From Prasinococcaceae sp. CCMP 1430 (lineage: Eukaryota > Plantae > Prasinodermophyta), in the NCBI GenBank assembly GCA_013416795.1, contig RQSC01000011.1, positions 236,721-300,720 on the forward strand: a DNA stretch of 64,000 nt, given 5' to 3'. Every line of letters begins with the position of its first letter. Within the stretch, counting starts at the first letter, position 1. A model generated the notes under the pieces. That model had not been told where the DNA came from. It made no database searches and saw only the letters and a program-made list of their open reading frames with translations. Made by a program: the position numbers and the translations under genes. This document shows, piece after piece, positions 18,820-30,132 of the stretch.

Positions 18820-20653
18820 CTAGTAGCCCCAGAAGTTGCTGTAGCATTCCCACGTCGTCCAGTCAATGCCCTCCTGGTCACACCACTGTTGCATCCAGTA
18901 CCAGCTGCGCGTGAGACACACGCGCGCGGGCACCAGCGGGCGCATCGTGAGGCGAGCATGCCGTCAGAGTGCGTCGCCAAAAAGCGGCGCACAACGCCAC
19001 ACCATCGCCGCCACGGATTCCCAGCACGCGCGATCGCACGCGCGCGACTTGAGCTCGCACTTACCCTTCCGCCAACGGCAAGGTGCGCGGCCTGGGCCCT
19101 TCAAACTGGTGCACGATGTTCTTGCCGCCCTCGAGGTGCCACACCTCGAGCAGCCCAAGGAAGTCCACGCGCCCGCATTCCCTCACCGCGGTCATGCTCC
19201 AGTAGCTCGAGCTGCGCTGGCGGATGCGCATGACGTACTTTACCTGGCTCGAGTAACGGTTTTCCAGGCAGTTCCCCAGCATCTTGCCCTCATGGATGAG
19301 CCGCTTGAGCGAGCGGATCTCCTCCACCTTGAGCTGGCAGGCCTCGGCGCCGGGCGCGTCCTCCACGCCCAGCGTCTCCGAGCCCTGCACATACGGCACC
19401 TGCACCTCGGTCCCGCGGGGGATGCGCGCACTCGCGCGGTAGAAGCCCGTCAGCCCGCGCGGGTTGCGCTCGAAGAGTTCGTCGTCCTCGCCTTCGAACG
19501 TGACCGTCGCGGCATAATACCGATCGGCGGCCGCCAGCACGCGCTTGGGCGTCCGCCCGGCGGGGGAGTACGGCGCCGCGGGCCCGGCGTCGAGCACTTC
19601 GTCGTCGTCGACCTCGAGGTCGCGCACGTCGGCGTGCTTTCCACTCAGCTCGTGCATGTCGGCCATGAAGTTCAGGCACACCGCGGTGGCGCGTGGCTCG
19701 GTCGCCTCGAGCTCGCGCAGCTCGCCCGCGTGTGTCATCGCCCAGCCGAGCGCGTCGGCGGCGAAGGCCTCGCCGGCGTCGTCGCCGAGGCGCTTCGAGA
19801 GCGACGAGCCGGCCGCGGCGCGCGCCGCCCAATCGGGGCCGCCCGCGGCGGCGCACTGCGCCAACCGCAGCGCGCGCAGTGGGTTGGACGGCACACGCGC
19901 GGACGTCCACCACGTGCCCTCGCCGCCGTCCGCCTTCTGCGCGCCATCGCCATCCGCACCCGCGGTGGCCTCCCCATTCCCCGCGCCCTCGTCCTCGTCC
20001 TCGCCCTCCTCTTCGCCGGCTGCCTCAGTGCCAAGCGCCACCAGCGCGCCAACGGCGCGCTTTGAGAGCCCCGCGTGCACACGCGCGCGCAGCGCCGCGC
20101 GCGCGCCCGCCGCGCCGGTCGCCACGTCGGCATACGCCAGGAAGAAAGCGCGGCTCACGAGGTTGGCCTCCTCAGTACACGCCACTGCGGTGGTGAGGCT
20201 CCCGCCGTCGCCCTGGTGAAGCAAGCGCCGCGCGCGCGCGCGTGCGCGCGAGCGCGTGTGTGAGCGAGTGAGACACAGGTGGTGCGGGCGACGCCCGTCA
20301 GCACCAAATGCGTGCGCTGTGATGCACTGCACAACTATTGGAGGCCGACGTGAACGTGCGCGCAGACAAACACACACGTGCACACGCGCGTGCGCCCTCG
20401 CCGCTGCCACTGACCTCCCCCTCTTCCGGCTCGTCTTCCGCGCCGACGTACGGCAGCGCGGCGCGCAGCGCGGGTGGCGCTGGCCAGCGCTCGAGCAGGT
20501 GCGCGGCGAGGGACACGGCGGCTGCTGCCGCGGCCTCCTCGTCCGAGGCGTCGGCGCGCGCGGCCTTCGCGGCGACGTTCGCTGCGGGATCCCACTCGGC
20601 CGGGGGGCGCACCCAACCGTCGCGCGGCGCCCACGCGGCGAGGCGCGCGAGCG
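18820..20653 (-). CDS. PcfJ-like domain protein (5' end in gap)
   Basis: HLLERWPAPPAL near the N-terminus; IRSLKRLIHEGKMLGNCLE..Y..SSYWSM..LEV..IVHQFEG..WxxQW at the C-terminus. Introns 20414-20213 and 19064-18905 restore the frame to a TAG at 18820. Confidence 0.6.
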
Positions 20654-21929
20654 NNNNNNNNNNNNNNNNNNNNNNNNNNNNNNNNNNNNNNNNNNNNNNN
20701 NNNNNNNNNNNNNNNNNNNNNNNNNNNNNNNNNNNNNNNNNNNNNNNNNNNNNNNNNNNNNNNNNNNNNNNNNNNNNNNNNNNNNNNNNNNNNNNNNNNN
20801 NNNNNNNNNNNNNNNNNNNNNNNNNNNNNNNNNNNNNNNNNNNNNNNNNNNNNNNNNNNNNNNNNNNNNNNNNNNNNNNNNNNNNNNNNNNNNNNNNNNN
20901 NNNNNNNNNNNNNNNNNNNNNNNNNNNNNNNNNNNNNNNNNNNNNNNCGCGCGGAGCACCATACTTGTTGTCACGGACGAATTCCAGGTGGTGCCCCTGA
21001 TGAATTCGCGCGAGCGTGAGAAGTGGCGGAGGGATGCGTCAGCGGCGCACTGGCTCGCCCCCCACTTTGTTCTTGCATCTCTCAGGCGCGTGCAGGGCGC
21101 ACCGGCGCGCGCGCTCGGTAACCCCCGAATTGGGATTCCGTCTGGATTCCGTCAGATTCATATGGGTTCCGCGTATGGATTCCGTTGCGCCCCCCCCGTG
21201 GCCCCTGCCTGCCTGCTGGGCGCGCGCGCGGGTGCCACCTCGGTGTGACGTGGGCCTGCACGGGTGGTGGGACTTCCCCTCGCTGCGAAAAGCCTCCGAA
21301 ATGCATTCCGGGCATCCGCGAAACATCGGCGCCGAATGCCGCGGAGAGGCGCGCGACCGGGGCGCGTTTCGGCACCGAACGGCGCGCCCAAATGGCGGAG
21401 TGCGTGCGAGTTTCGACCGCCGAGAACCGCGAAACAATGCGGGGCGCGGCGCGCGCGCGCCCGGGGGCGGCCGCTCCGCGCGCTGACTCAACCCTAACCT
21501 CCGAATGGTGTCAGAATTTAGTACAAAATGATATGATATATAAACCCTACAATGATTATACCTCATGTTTGACGCGCTGGGCGGAGGCGGCGCTGGGCGC
21601 ATGCGGATCGCGCGCAGGAGGGAGCGCCGCCGCGCGGGACCGCCGTTCGCAGCGCCAAATTGGACGCATTCCGCGGTTTTAACATGGTAGATGACGTCCT
21701 TAGTGACATTTACGCATTTTCGAGAGCAAATGCCGGTCGTCTGCGGCTGCGGCTGCGGCTGTATCCAGCGGTGGGCGCTGCGCGGCGGACAGGGAGGGAG
21801 CGAGGGAGGGAGGGGGGGAGGCGGAGGGCGCCGCGAGGCAGTGGCCACAGTGCGCGCCGCGCGCCGCGGCGGCAGAGGAGGTTGCGATCCCCGTTGGCCG
21901 GCCGTTTCCGAATCCGCCGCTTCGCGAGG

Positions 21930-23249
21930 ATGGCTGTGGCGTCTGCGCGCGCCGCGCGCGCGGCCGGCGCAGCGGCGCGCACTGCGCGCGCACGCCGCGC
22001 CGCGCCGCGCGCGGTCGCCGTGTCGCCAGAGGCGCCGCCCCTCGAGGGCGACAACGCCATCTACACGCTCAAGGATGCCCCCCCCGTGCACATCAAGATT
22101 GACGGCACGTGGTATGACGCCACGGGCTACGCGATGGCGCACCCGGGCGGCGCGCGCTTCGTGCGCTTCTTCCACGGCCGCGACGCGACCGACGTCTTCT
22201 ACGCGCTGCACTCGTACGGCCCCAACGGCGCGACGACGGCCAAGGACAGGCTGTCGAAGCTGCGCGTGCTGGACGGGCCGCCGGCGGGCGTGCGTGACAT
22301 GACCGAGGTGGAGGCCGCCACCAGCGGCTCCTTCCGCGCCTTCCGCAAGAAACTCGAGGAGGACGGATGGTTCGAGCGCAACCCCGTGCACGAGGTGCGC
22401 CTCGTCGCGCAGACCCTTGGGCTGTACGTGGCGGGCACCATGCTGGCGGCCACGCAGCCCATCCTGGCGACCATCCTCATCGGCGTCGGCATGCAGCAGG
22501 GCGGCTGGCTGGCGCACGACTTCGTGCACGGGCGTGGGCGCTGGTGCTCGTTCATGCGGCTCTTTGGCGCCTTCACCAACGGTTTCTCCAGCGACTGGTG
22601 GACGCAGAAGCACTCCATGCACCACAGCTTCACCAACGAGGAACACAAGGATGAAGACATCATGCAGGAGCCCTTCTTCTACCTGCAGGACCCCGCCAAG
22701 ACCGGCCGGCCCGACTCGCCCTTCCGGAAGTTCCAGCACATTTACGGCTATCCCCTGTACATGATCACCTTCTGGCTGTGGCGCTTCGACTCGCTGCGGT
22801 CCATCGTGCGGCGGCGCGACCTCATGGAGGGCGCGGCCGCCGTGGTGCAGTACGCGTGGCTATTCGCCGTGCTGCCGCTGCCTGTGGCGCTGGCGAGCGT
22901 GTCGCTCGGCGGCTTCCTGTGCGGTGCCATCGTGAGCGCCACGCACCAGAGCGAGGAGATCATGGACAACGAGCCGCTCGGCCCGACCGCCGAGTACGTC
23001 GATGCGCAGTTCCGCAGCACGCGCGACGCGCAGGCGGACGACCCCATCAGCAAGTTCTTCTGGGGCGGCATGGACACGCAGCTGGAGCATCACCTCTTCC
23101 CCTCGATGCCGCGCTACAGGTACCACAAGTTGCGCCCGCTGCTGCAGGCGTGGGCGGCCAAGACACCGGGCGTGGACTACAAGATCTCGCCGTGGACCAC
23201 GATCATCAGAGACAACTGGCTGTCGCTTCGTGCCGTCGCCAGGGCGTAG
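21930..23249 (+). CDS. Plastid-targeted front-end (cytochrome b5-fusion) fatty acid desaturase
   Basis: Transit peptide, HPGG b5 motif, and His boxes HDFVH, QKHSMHH and QLEHH. No intron. Confidence 0.9.
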   Translation: MAVASARAARAAGAAARTARARRAAPRAVAVSPEAPPLEGDNAIYTLKDAPPVHIKIDGTWYDATGYAMAHPGGARFVRFFHGRDATDVFYALHSYGPNGATTAKDRLSKLRVLDGPPAGVRDMTEVEAATSGSFRAFRKKLEEDGWFERNPVHEVRLVAQTLGLYVAGTMLAATQPILATILIGVGMQQGGWLAHDFVHGRGRWCSFMRLFGAFTNGFSSDWWTQKHSMHHSFTNEEHKDEDIMQEPFFYLQDPAKTGRPDSPFRKFQHIYGYPLYMITFWLWRFDSLRSIVRRRDLMEGAAAVVQYAWLFAVLPLPVALASVSLGGFLCGAIVSATHQSEEIMDNEPLGPTAEYVDAQFRSTRDAQADDPISKFFWGGMDTQLEHHLFPSMPRYRYHKLRPLLQAWAAKTPGVDYKISPWTTIIRDNWLSLRAVARA

Positions 23250-23464
23250 GTGGGCCGACGAACGGCGGCGGCGGGGCGTGCGAGCGAGCGAGCGTGCCGT
23301 GCGTGCCGTGCGCGCGGGGTGTAGTGATGACTTTAATTTCTTCTGGCAAGCGTGGAGCGACGGCGGCGGCGTGCCGGGTAATGACTGAACAGTGTGTACT
23401 GAGGCGTGCCATTCGCAGCGCGGGGCGTAGCTGGCCCGCGCGAGCGAACAGTGCTGACGATGTG

Positions 23465-24232
23465 TTACTGGCGAGTTTGTGCGCCCGCGCAGCCATCTCC
23501 CTCGGCCCCCGCCTCGGCCTCCACCTGCCTCACCGCGGCCTCGACCGAGCCAAACCATTTCACCGCCGACCAGAAGAAAGCGGGTGCGCGCCTCGCGGCG
23601 CTGCGCGGCCGCAGCGCGGCTGCACCGGCGGTCGCGCGCCGCGAACGAGAGCTGCCGCGGGCGCGAGCGCCGCGGATTATGGCGCGTACCTCGTCGGCGC
23701 TGAGGAACTGAACGCGCTCCTCAAGCTCCTTTTGCAGGCCGCGGTAGCGCGCGAGGAGCTGTGGCGTCTTTGTGTTCGTCGACAATTCCTCCAGAGAGGT
23801 GAGCTTTCCCGCCATGACCGCCTCGAGCCTGTTGTGGGCGTCGCCCTCGCTTTGCATATTTTCGGTGGCGCTCCCTGAGCCGTCTTCGAAGAGTGATGCG
23901 ACATGCGCATCGACGCTGCGCCCGGTGACGCGAGGTGCTCGCTCGCCCGCGTGCGCGCTCCCCATTGCTCGTCTTTTCTTCGCGCTGCCGGCGCCACTGC
24001 CGCCACCGGAGGCCTTCTGAACGCCCGCGAGGGTGTGCACGCCAACAGCCCTCTCCGTCGCCTTGGACTTGCGTTTGGGCACAGACTTGCGCTTGTGCGT
24101 GGTTGGTGCGGCACCCGCGACCGCGACCGCGCTGCCGCTCACGCCCCCCGCCGTCGCACCGCCGCCGCCGGCCTCGCGCTGAGCTCGCCAGCGCTCCGCC
24201 TGTGCGCGCCGCAGCGCGGCGAGCTCCTCCAT
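23465..24232 (-). CDS. Hypothetical protein (basic, NLS-like KRKSVPKRKSK and KKRR)
   Basis: Protein-like ORF from MEELAALRR with helical segments. No family recognised. Confidence 0.5.
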   Translation of the reverse strand: MEELAALRRAQAERWRAQREAGGGGATAGGVSGSAVAVAGAAPTTHKRKSVPKRKSKATERAVGVHTLAGVQKASGGGSGAGSAKKRRAMGSAHAGERAPRVTGRSVDAHVASLFEDGSGSATENMQSEGDAHNRLEAVMAGKLTSLEELSTNTKTPQLLARYRGLQKELEERVQFLSADEVRAIIRGARARGSSRSRRATAGAAALRPRSAARRAPAFFWSAVKWFGSVEAAVRQVEAEAGAEGDGCAGAQTRQ

Positions 24233-24361
24233 GGCCGGCGGGCTCTGCCGAGCGCTGCACACCGCACGCGCTGTGGCGCGGAGTGCGCGCGCCGCGCACC
24301 TGCCGTTGCGCCCGGAGCTAGCGACACGAGGGGCCTCGGCGCCATTTTCGATTTACAAGCT

Positions 24362-25456
24362 CTACGAGTACGTGACCTTGCTTGCCGGCAGGTGGCCTTT
24401 GTCGCCAAAAGCATGGAGAGAGACGCCGCCGTCGGGCCGCACCTCGAGGGTCGTCATCGAGCAGTTCCACGCGGCCGTGCGAAGCCACGCCTCGGGGGGA
24501 AGCTGCAGCGCTCTGAGCACGCAGTAGCGAATGACATTCCCGTGACACACCACGATCTCCGTCACCACGCGCGGGGGCTCGTGCGCGGTTGCGAGTGAAG
24601 ACTCGTCGTCGCCCTGCGCGAGAAAGGCCTCCAGGACGGACGGCGGCAACCATTCTGAACCCTGCTGTGCGGTGTATTTGTACGGGGCCGGCGCCCCTCC
24701 GCCGTCCTTGCTTCGGTCGGCATCGTCTTTGCTCTCGTCGCCGACCCACCGCCAGAAAAAGCGTCGGAAGGCGGCCTCGATGCGCGCCGATGCCGCAAAG
24801 CGCTCCCACTCCGTGGGCCTGTAGTGTTTGCTCGTTGGCGTGTGCTCACATGGATCACCCTCAGCCAGTAGGTCGCTCTCCACTACCGGGACGCCCGGCA
24901 GGCGTGCCGCAATGCGCTCGGCAGTCTCTCGTGCGCGTGGGAGCGGCGACGCGTGGATTGCCAGCACGCCAGCACCGCGTGCGCCCAAGCCCTTGCTATC
25001 GCTCTCGGCCACCTGTGCCGCGAATAGCTCGGCGAGCCGGTCGCCAGTCGCATCAGCCTGCTCACGGCCGAGGGGCGTGAGGCTGTGAGGTCGCGCACTC
25101 TCGTACTGGCCATGGCGTACGAGGATGAGACGGCGCGTGACGCGCGAGCGCGGTGCGGAGGCGCGTGCGTCCCAGTTGGCATCCCACGAGGCGCGTACGT
25201 CACGTGCGTCATTGGGTACCGGGCTCGGCGCGCGTTCTGAGAGCAGCGGACGCGGCGCCGGCTCGAAGTCTAGGCGCGCGTGTCAGCGTGCGCTCGCAGA
25301 CGCTCGCACGGGCGCCCGCAGCAGGGGCAGTTGCGGCAGTCTAGCGCGGCGCCGCACGGCAGCCGCACCTGTGCCCGCATAGCCCGCCGCGGCGGCTGCA
25401 GCCGCCGCAGCAGCAGTAGCCGCTGCAGCGCGCGCAGCGAGTGTCCGCGCAGCCAT
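24362..25456 (-). CDS. PGAM5: PGAM5-like mitochondrial histidine phosphatase
   Basis: Exons 25456-25369 and 25269-24362. The WDANWD motif precedes RRLILVRHGQY; also LTPLGREQA, SPLPRARETA, VCHGNVIRY and LHAFGDKGHLP. Confidence 0.88.
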
Positions 25457-25735
25457 CTCTCCAAGTCAGCTCTGCTCGGTGGCGCGCCCGCGCGGTGTGG
25501 CCGTGCCACCTCTCCTCCCTCGCCTCGGTGCGCCTCCGAGCATGCATTCGAATGCGAGCGAGTTCGTTGAGGTTCATCACCGGACAGGGTCCGCTTTACT
25601 GGATAAGGTTTGCTCCCATACGCACGGGTCGTTCGGCGGCCGAGCTCTCGCCGCGAGGGGCGGCGCGGGGCTGCTTGCCACACGGCGCGTTCGAGCGCCA
25701 ACCGGCGCGGCAGCGACGGTGTCAGCGGCGGCGGT

Positions 25736-26287
25736 ATGGCCGCGGCAGCGAGAGCGACTGGTGTGCACGTTGCAGGGCCGGCGCGTGCGGCCGGGCGGCA
25801 GCGCACCGACGATCCGCTGCGCGCGCCACGCTGCGCGCAGCCGCCGATGGCGGCGGCGACGGCGCAGCCGCCAGCGACGAGGAGGAGCGGCAGCGCGCAC
25901 TCGAGGCCGCGGATGCGGCAGAGGACGTGACGGTGGAGGGAAACCAGGTTGTGAAGGACTCGGTGCGCGACCTGCGCGCTCTGCAGGCGTCGGAGAGGGA
26001 AGTGCTCAACAAGGTGCGCAGCGGCGGGGCGCGCACATGGGCTGGAACGCGCCTTGTAGAGCGCTGAAGAGCGTGCGACGTGCGGGTGGGTCCTGCAAGC
26101 TTACGTGGCGCGTGTGTTGACGAGTTGGCACGCGCCCCGACCTTTTGCGCGCACATCCGCGTGCATGCATGCCTGCACGCACGCGCAGGCCGCCGACCTG
26201 CTGGAGCAGCTGGGCGTGAAAAACATGCCTCGCGTGCCCGAGAACATCCGCGACCTCGAGGACGACGACGAGGACGACGAGCCGTGA
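25736..26287 (+). CDS. Small hypothetical protein, likely plastid-targeted
   Basis: Intron 26014-26188 joins ...SEREVLNK|AADLLEQLGVKNMPRV...DDEP*. The nearest ATG (25736) is out of frame, so the 5' end is unresolved. Confidence 0.4.
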
Positions 26288-26437
26288 AGGTGCGCGCGCA
26301 AGTGCACGAGCGCACACGCCCCGAGGAGAAAGGTACATATGTATACGGCATGGTTACATCAATCGCGCCTATCTTGGGCGCGCGCGCGCGAGGGTGCGCG
26401 AGGGCGCGTGCGCGCGTGCCCCAAGGCACTTGCTCGT

Positions 26438-27797
26438 TCATTCGAACGTCCTGTCTGGGAAGACGACGGGAGCGAGCAGGCTCCACATGTACAGGAGGCC
26501 GCCCAACCATCCCGACACTACCTGCACCCACATCGCTGCCCAGCCGTCCTGTATGGAGAGCACCCCCTGCGTGGTGCCTAGCTGCCAGCTGAGCAGCAGC
26601 ATGGAGCCGTACATGGAGCTCAGGACCAGCGCGAAGTTAGAGAATGCGTAGGAGTACTGTGGGCGATCGTCCTCGAGGACGCCCTTGGCGACGTCGTCGC
26701 TGCCGCTTTCCTTGCTCACCCTGAACGCGTCGCGGCGCCCGCCGGCCGTGAACGCCGACACGAAAACGGTCCCAAAGGCTATGACAAACGAGACTACCTC
26801 GCTCCACCCCACGGTGCGCTCGCCGTCCTCGTTTGTGTCCTTGAGCGTGTTGCATCGGTAGGCGTCGGGCTCGGCCCCGAGCGCCGAGACAGTCAGGAAT
26901 GCCATGTACGCGAACACGCACGCACTAGTGAAGAGCCCGGCGTGCTCAATTTGCGCCTTCAGCGATAGAAACACGTGCACGGCGCCGAACAGCAGACAGA
27001 TGGACACGATGCCGATGTTGAGGGAGCACGAGCCCGATGGTGCGAACACGTGAAAGGCGAAGCCCACGAGCGCCAGGCCAGCGCCGTAGGTGATGAAGGT
27101 GCCCAGAGGCAGCAGAAAGCGTCCAGCGCCTTCCCACACGTCCTCTCTGAGCATCCAATCGTTGATGTTGTACACGGTAGCCAAAAGGATGATCCATTGG
27201 AACATCAGGAAGGCACCACCACCGACGCGCGCAAGCTGGCCATACGCATTCGCCGCGTCTGCGGACACCCCGAACACGCTCGCGCAGACCGTGCCGACGA
27301 GCACAATCACCTTCGCGAGCCACCAGCCGTTGTGCAACCGTCCACGCCACGACGTAACGTCGCTCACGCGAAAGGTGAGCATCGTCAGCGCGGCGAAGAA
27401 GATGCTCGCGCCGAAGGACACGCGCAGCACCATCTCCGCAGCGTGGCACTCAGCTGCGGCATCGCCCTCCAAACTCCCGCACTCGGCCTGCAGGGCCGGG
27501 CTGGCATTCACCTGCGCGTGCGCGCGTGCGTCGGCGCGCCGGGGTCAGAGTATGAACGTGCGTGTGGGCGAGCGCGCGAGCGCGAGCGCGAGCGGCTCGC
27601 GCACTCACCAGTCTCGCGTCCAGATAATCCCGCGCGAGCCATTGCAGTACGAGCGTGAGCGCGAGGAGCACTGTGTGGCCCAGCCGCGCGCCGCGCCCGC
27701 GCCCGCCACCACGCGTGCCTGCCCCACGCATGCTACCAGTCTCGATGTCTCCGGCCTCGCGCCGCGGCGGCGGGCCCGCAGGCTCGATCTCCACCAT
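26438..27797 (-). CDS. SERINC: Serine incorporator (Serinc/TMS) family membrane protein
   Basis: LRVSF, RLHNGWWLAK, QYSYAFSNFALVLSSMYGSMLL and YMWSLLAPVVFPDRTF. Exons 27797-27609 and 27511-26438. Confidence 0.9.
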
Positions 27798-28547
27798 TGC
27801 GCGCCCGAGCGCGCAAGCGCCCCGCTCCAACCGCTCGCGCGCCCGCCCGCGCGGGCGCGCTCGGGCGCTCTCGGGCGCCTGCTCGGACCCCCGCACCGAT
27901 CGCCTGCTCAAGCACCTCCAATTGCTGCGGGTGAAGGTCGTTAGACCCCCGCACCGATCGCCGAGCGGCGGCGGTGTGGCGCCGCCTTCGCGTGCCGCGC
28001 CTGCCCCCACCGGGCCCTCCACCCGTCCGCACACGCACACGTGGACGCACGCGCGCGCGCACCCGCACGCGCGCATGCGCCCTCTCCTGCCGGCCGCGCG
28101 CCCGGCGCTTCCTTCCGGCGCGACAGCTGGGCGCGTCGCGCCAAGACGCTGCCGGTTCCCCGAGGCGCTCGGGCGCTGAGGCGCCCGCGGCGCCATCAGG
28201 ATGCACCTCTGGCGATGGTCTACGGACCGGATCCGGGCCGGAAGGCTTTGTACTATTAACCCTACGAGCTACTAAACCCTAAACGGTGCCTGAAGCGCCT
28301 CAACCGCCCGGTCCGGTTCCCCAGGCGCAGGCGCGGTGCAGGGCGCGGTGCATGCGCAGTGCGGTGGGGCGGGTGGGGTAGGGGTGGATGGGAGTGGGGA
28401 GGACGGGGAAGTGCGGGCGCGAGCGAGGTTGGGCGTGCGCACACGCCAGGGCGCGAACGCCTTGCGCAGCGGGGTGGGCGGGCCGGCGGGCCCGGCGCGG
28501 GGGCCACGCCCGCAGGCCTCCCTCTCTCGCGCGGGATCCGGTTGAGC

Positions 28548-30074
28548 ATGGCGCGGAGCACGGGGGGCGCCCGCACGGTAGCGTTGGCGGCGGCCGCGGC
28601 CATGCTCGGTGTGCTGTGCGGTGTCGGGCACATCGCGTCTGCCGCACCCGCCGCATCCGCTGCACCTGATGCTTTGCCCGCGGAGGTCGCAGGAGTCTTG
28701 GTGCCGCCAGCGAGATTCGAGGAGCTCGTGCTGGGCGCGTATGCGGCAGCGCTGGTGGTGTTCGCGCCCTTCTCGTCCGACGCCCAGGCCGACAGCGCGC
28801 CCGCACCGTCTTGCGCGACGCTCGGTGTGTCGCTCACGCGGCTCGCGCTCAGTGCGACACGCGGTCGCGCGCTCATTGCGGCCGTCGATACGACCGGCGC
28901 GGGCGGCGCAGCCGATGCGGCACGCTTTGCGCCCGCCGCTGTTGCCGAGTGCGCAGGCCTGGTGCACTTCGCTCTGGGCGACGACAAGGCCGCACGCGGT
29001 GGCGAAGTGTACGACCACGCCGCCGCCGGCGTTGCGAGCGGCGGCGAGCACGTCGCGCGCCTCGTTGGCTGGATGGCGGCGCGAGCGCCGGACGTGCTCG
29101 CCCTGCGCGCCGGGGACGAGACTTTCGATTGGCTGAAGCGCGCTGACGGCGCGGGTGGCGTCGCCTCGACGCTCCAGGCTGACCGCGCGGGCGGGGCGGA
29201 AGAGGGCGAGGCCGAGCTCGCTACACTCGATGAGACTCACGTCCCCAAGGTGCTCGCACTCGTCGATGGTGTGGGCGAGGCGGGCGCCGGGCCTAACGTC
29301 CGGCTCGCGGCGGGCGCATTTGCGCCATGGCTCGAGTTTGCCTTCGTCGATGTGGGCGCCGACGAGGACCTCGAGGCGGTGAGGGCTCTTGGCGGGCCAC
29401 TGGGGAAAGCACGCCGCGGTGACGTCTTCGCGACATTCGTCGGTGATGGCCGCGTGCACTTCATGAGGGGGCCGGACGGTGCTGCGCTGCACAGCGCTGG
29501 AATGCAGGCGGACGGCAGCGAGCCGGGCGACGACTGGGGCAAGCTCTTCTATTTCCTGCGCCAGGTCGGCGCCAAGCTCGGGCTGCCCCCGCCCGGCGGG
29601 CCTGGCACAGCGCAGGCTTTCATGGAGTCGCAGGCGGGTGGCAAAGCCGAGCTTGGGGAGGTGGTGACGCTGAGGGACCTCAAGGCGATCTGTGGCAGAG
29701 CGGGCGATGTGTGCGTCCTCGCTATCATCGGGCCGAAGCAATTCGACGAGAGCGGGAAGTGCACGCCAGCGCTCGCTACTACGCTCCTCGACGTGGCCGC
29801 CCGCCGCGGGGGCGCCGCAATAGGCTACGCATTCGTCGATGCCAAGAGGAGCGCGCCACGGCTCCCGGGACAGCTCGGCGTCGATATGTACGAGGACCTG
29901 CCGAGAGTGCTCGCAATGCGCCTCGACTCGGGCGAGTACGCGCTCAGCGAGTCCTACGAACCCGCCCATATCATGGCCGCCATCGACCGCGCGGCGGCGC
30001 GGCGGGCGCTCGAGAAGTTTATAGGCGGCATGCCCGACTTCCGCATCGGCGCTGTGCACGAGGACGAGCTGTGA
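28548..30074 (+). CDS. ER-luminal thioredoxin-fold-like protein with C-terminal EDEL
   Basis: Signal peptide after ATG 28548, FAFVDV/YAFVDA thioredoxin-like strands, no CxxC, ends HEDEL*. Confidence 0.6.
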   Translation: MARSTGGARTVALAAAAAMLGVLCGVGHIASAAPAASAAPDALPAEVAGVLVPPARFEELVLGAYAAALVVFAPFSSDAQADSAPAPSCATLGVSLTRLALSATRGRALIAAVDTTGAGGAADAARFAPAAVAECAGLVHFALGDDKAARGGEVYDHAAAGVASGGEHVARLVGWMAARAPDVLALRAGDETFDWLKRADGAGGVASTLQADRAGGAEEGEAELATLDETHVPKVLALVDGVGEAGAGPNVRLAAGAFAPWLEFAFVDVGADEDLEAVRALGGPLGKARRGDVFATFVGDGRVHFMRGPDGAALHSAGMQADGSEPGDDWGKLFYFLRQVGAKLGLPPPGGPGTAQAFMESQAGGKAELGEVVTLRDLKAICGRAGDVCVLAIIGPKQFDESGKCTPALATTLLDVAARRGGAAIGYAFVDAKRSAPRLPGQLGVDMYEDLPRVLAMRLDSGEYALSESYEPAHIMAAIDRAAARRALEKFIGGMPDFRIGAVHEDEL

Positions 30075-30132
30075 ATCTTGAAATTTTGAGTAATACTACA
30101 CGCTGAACAGTGCGGGCGCAAGGATCCTCTCT

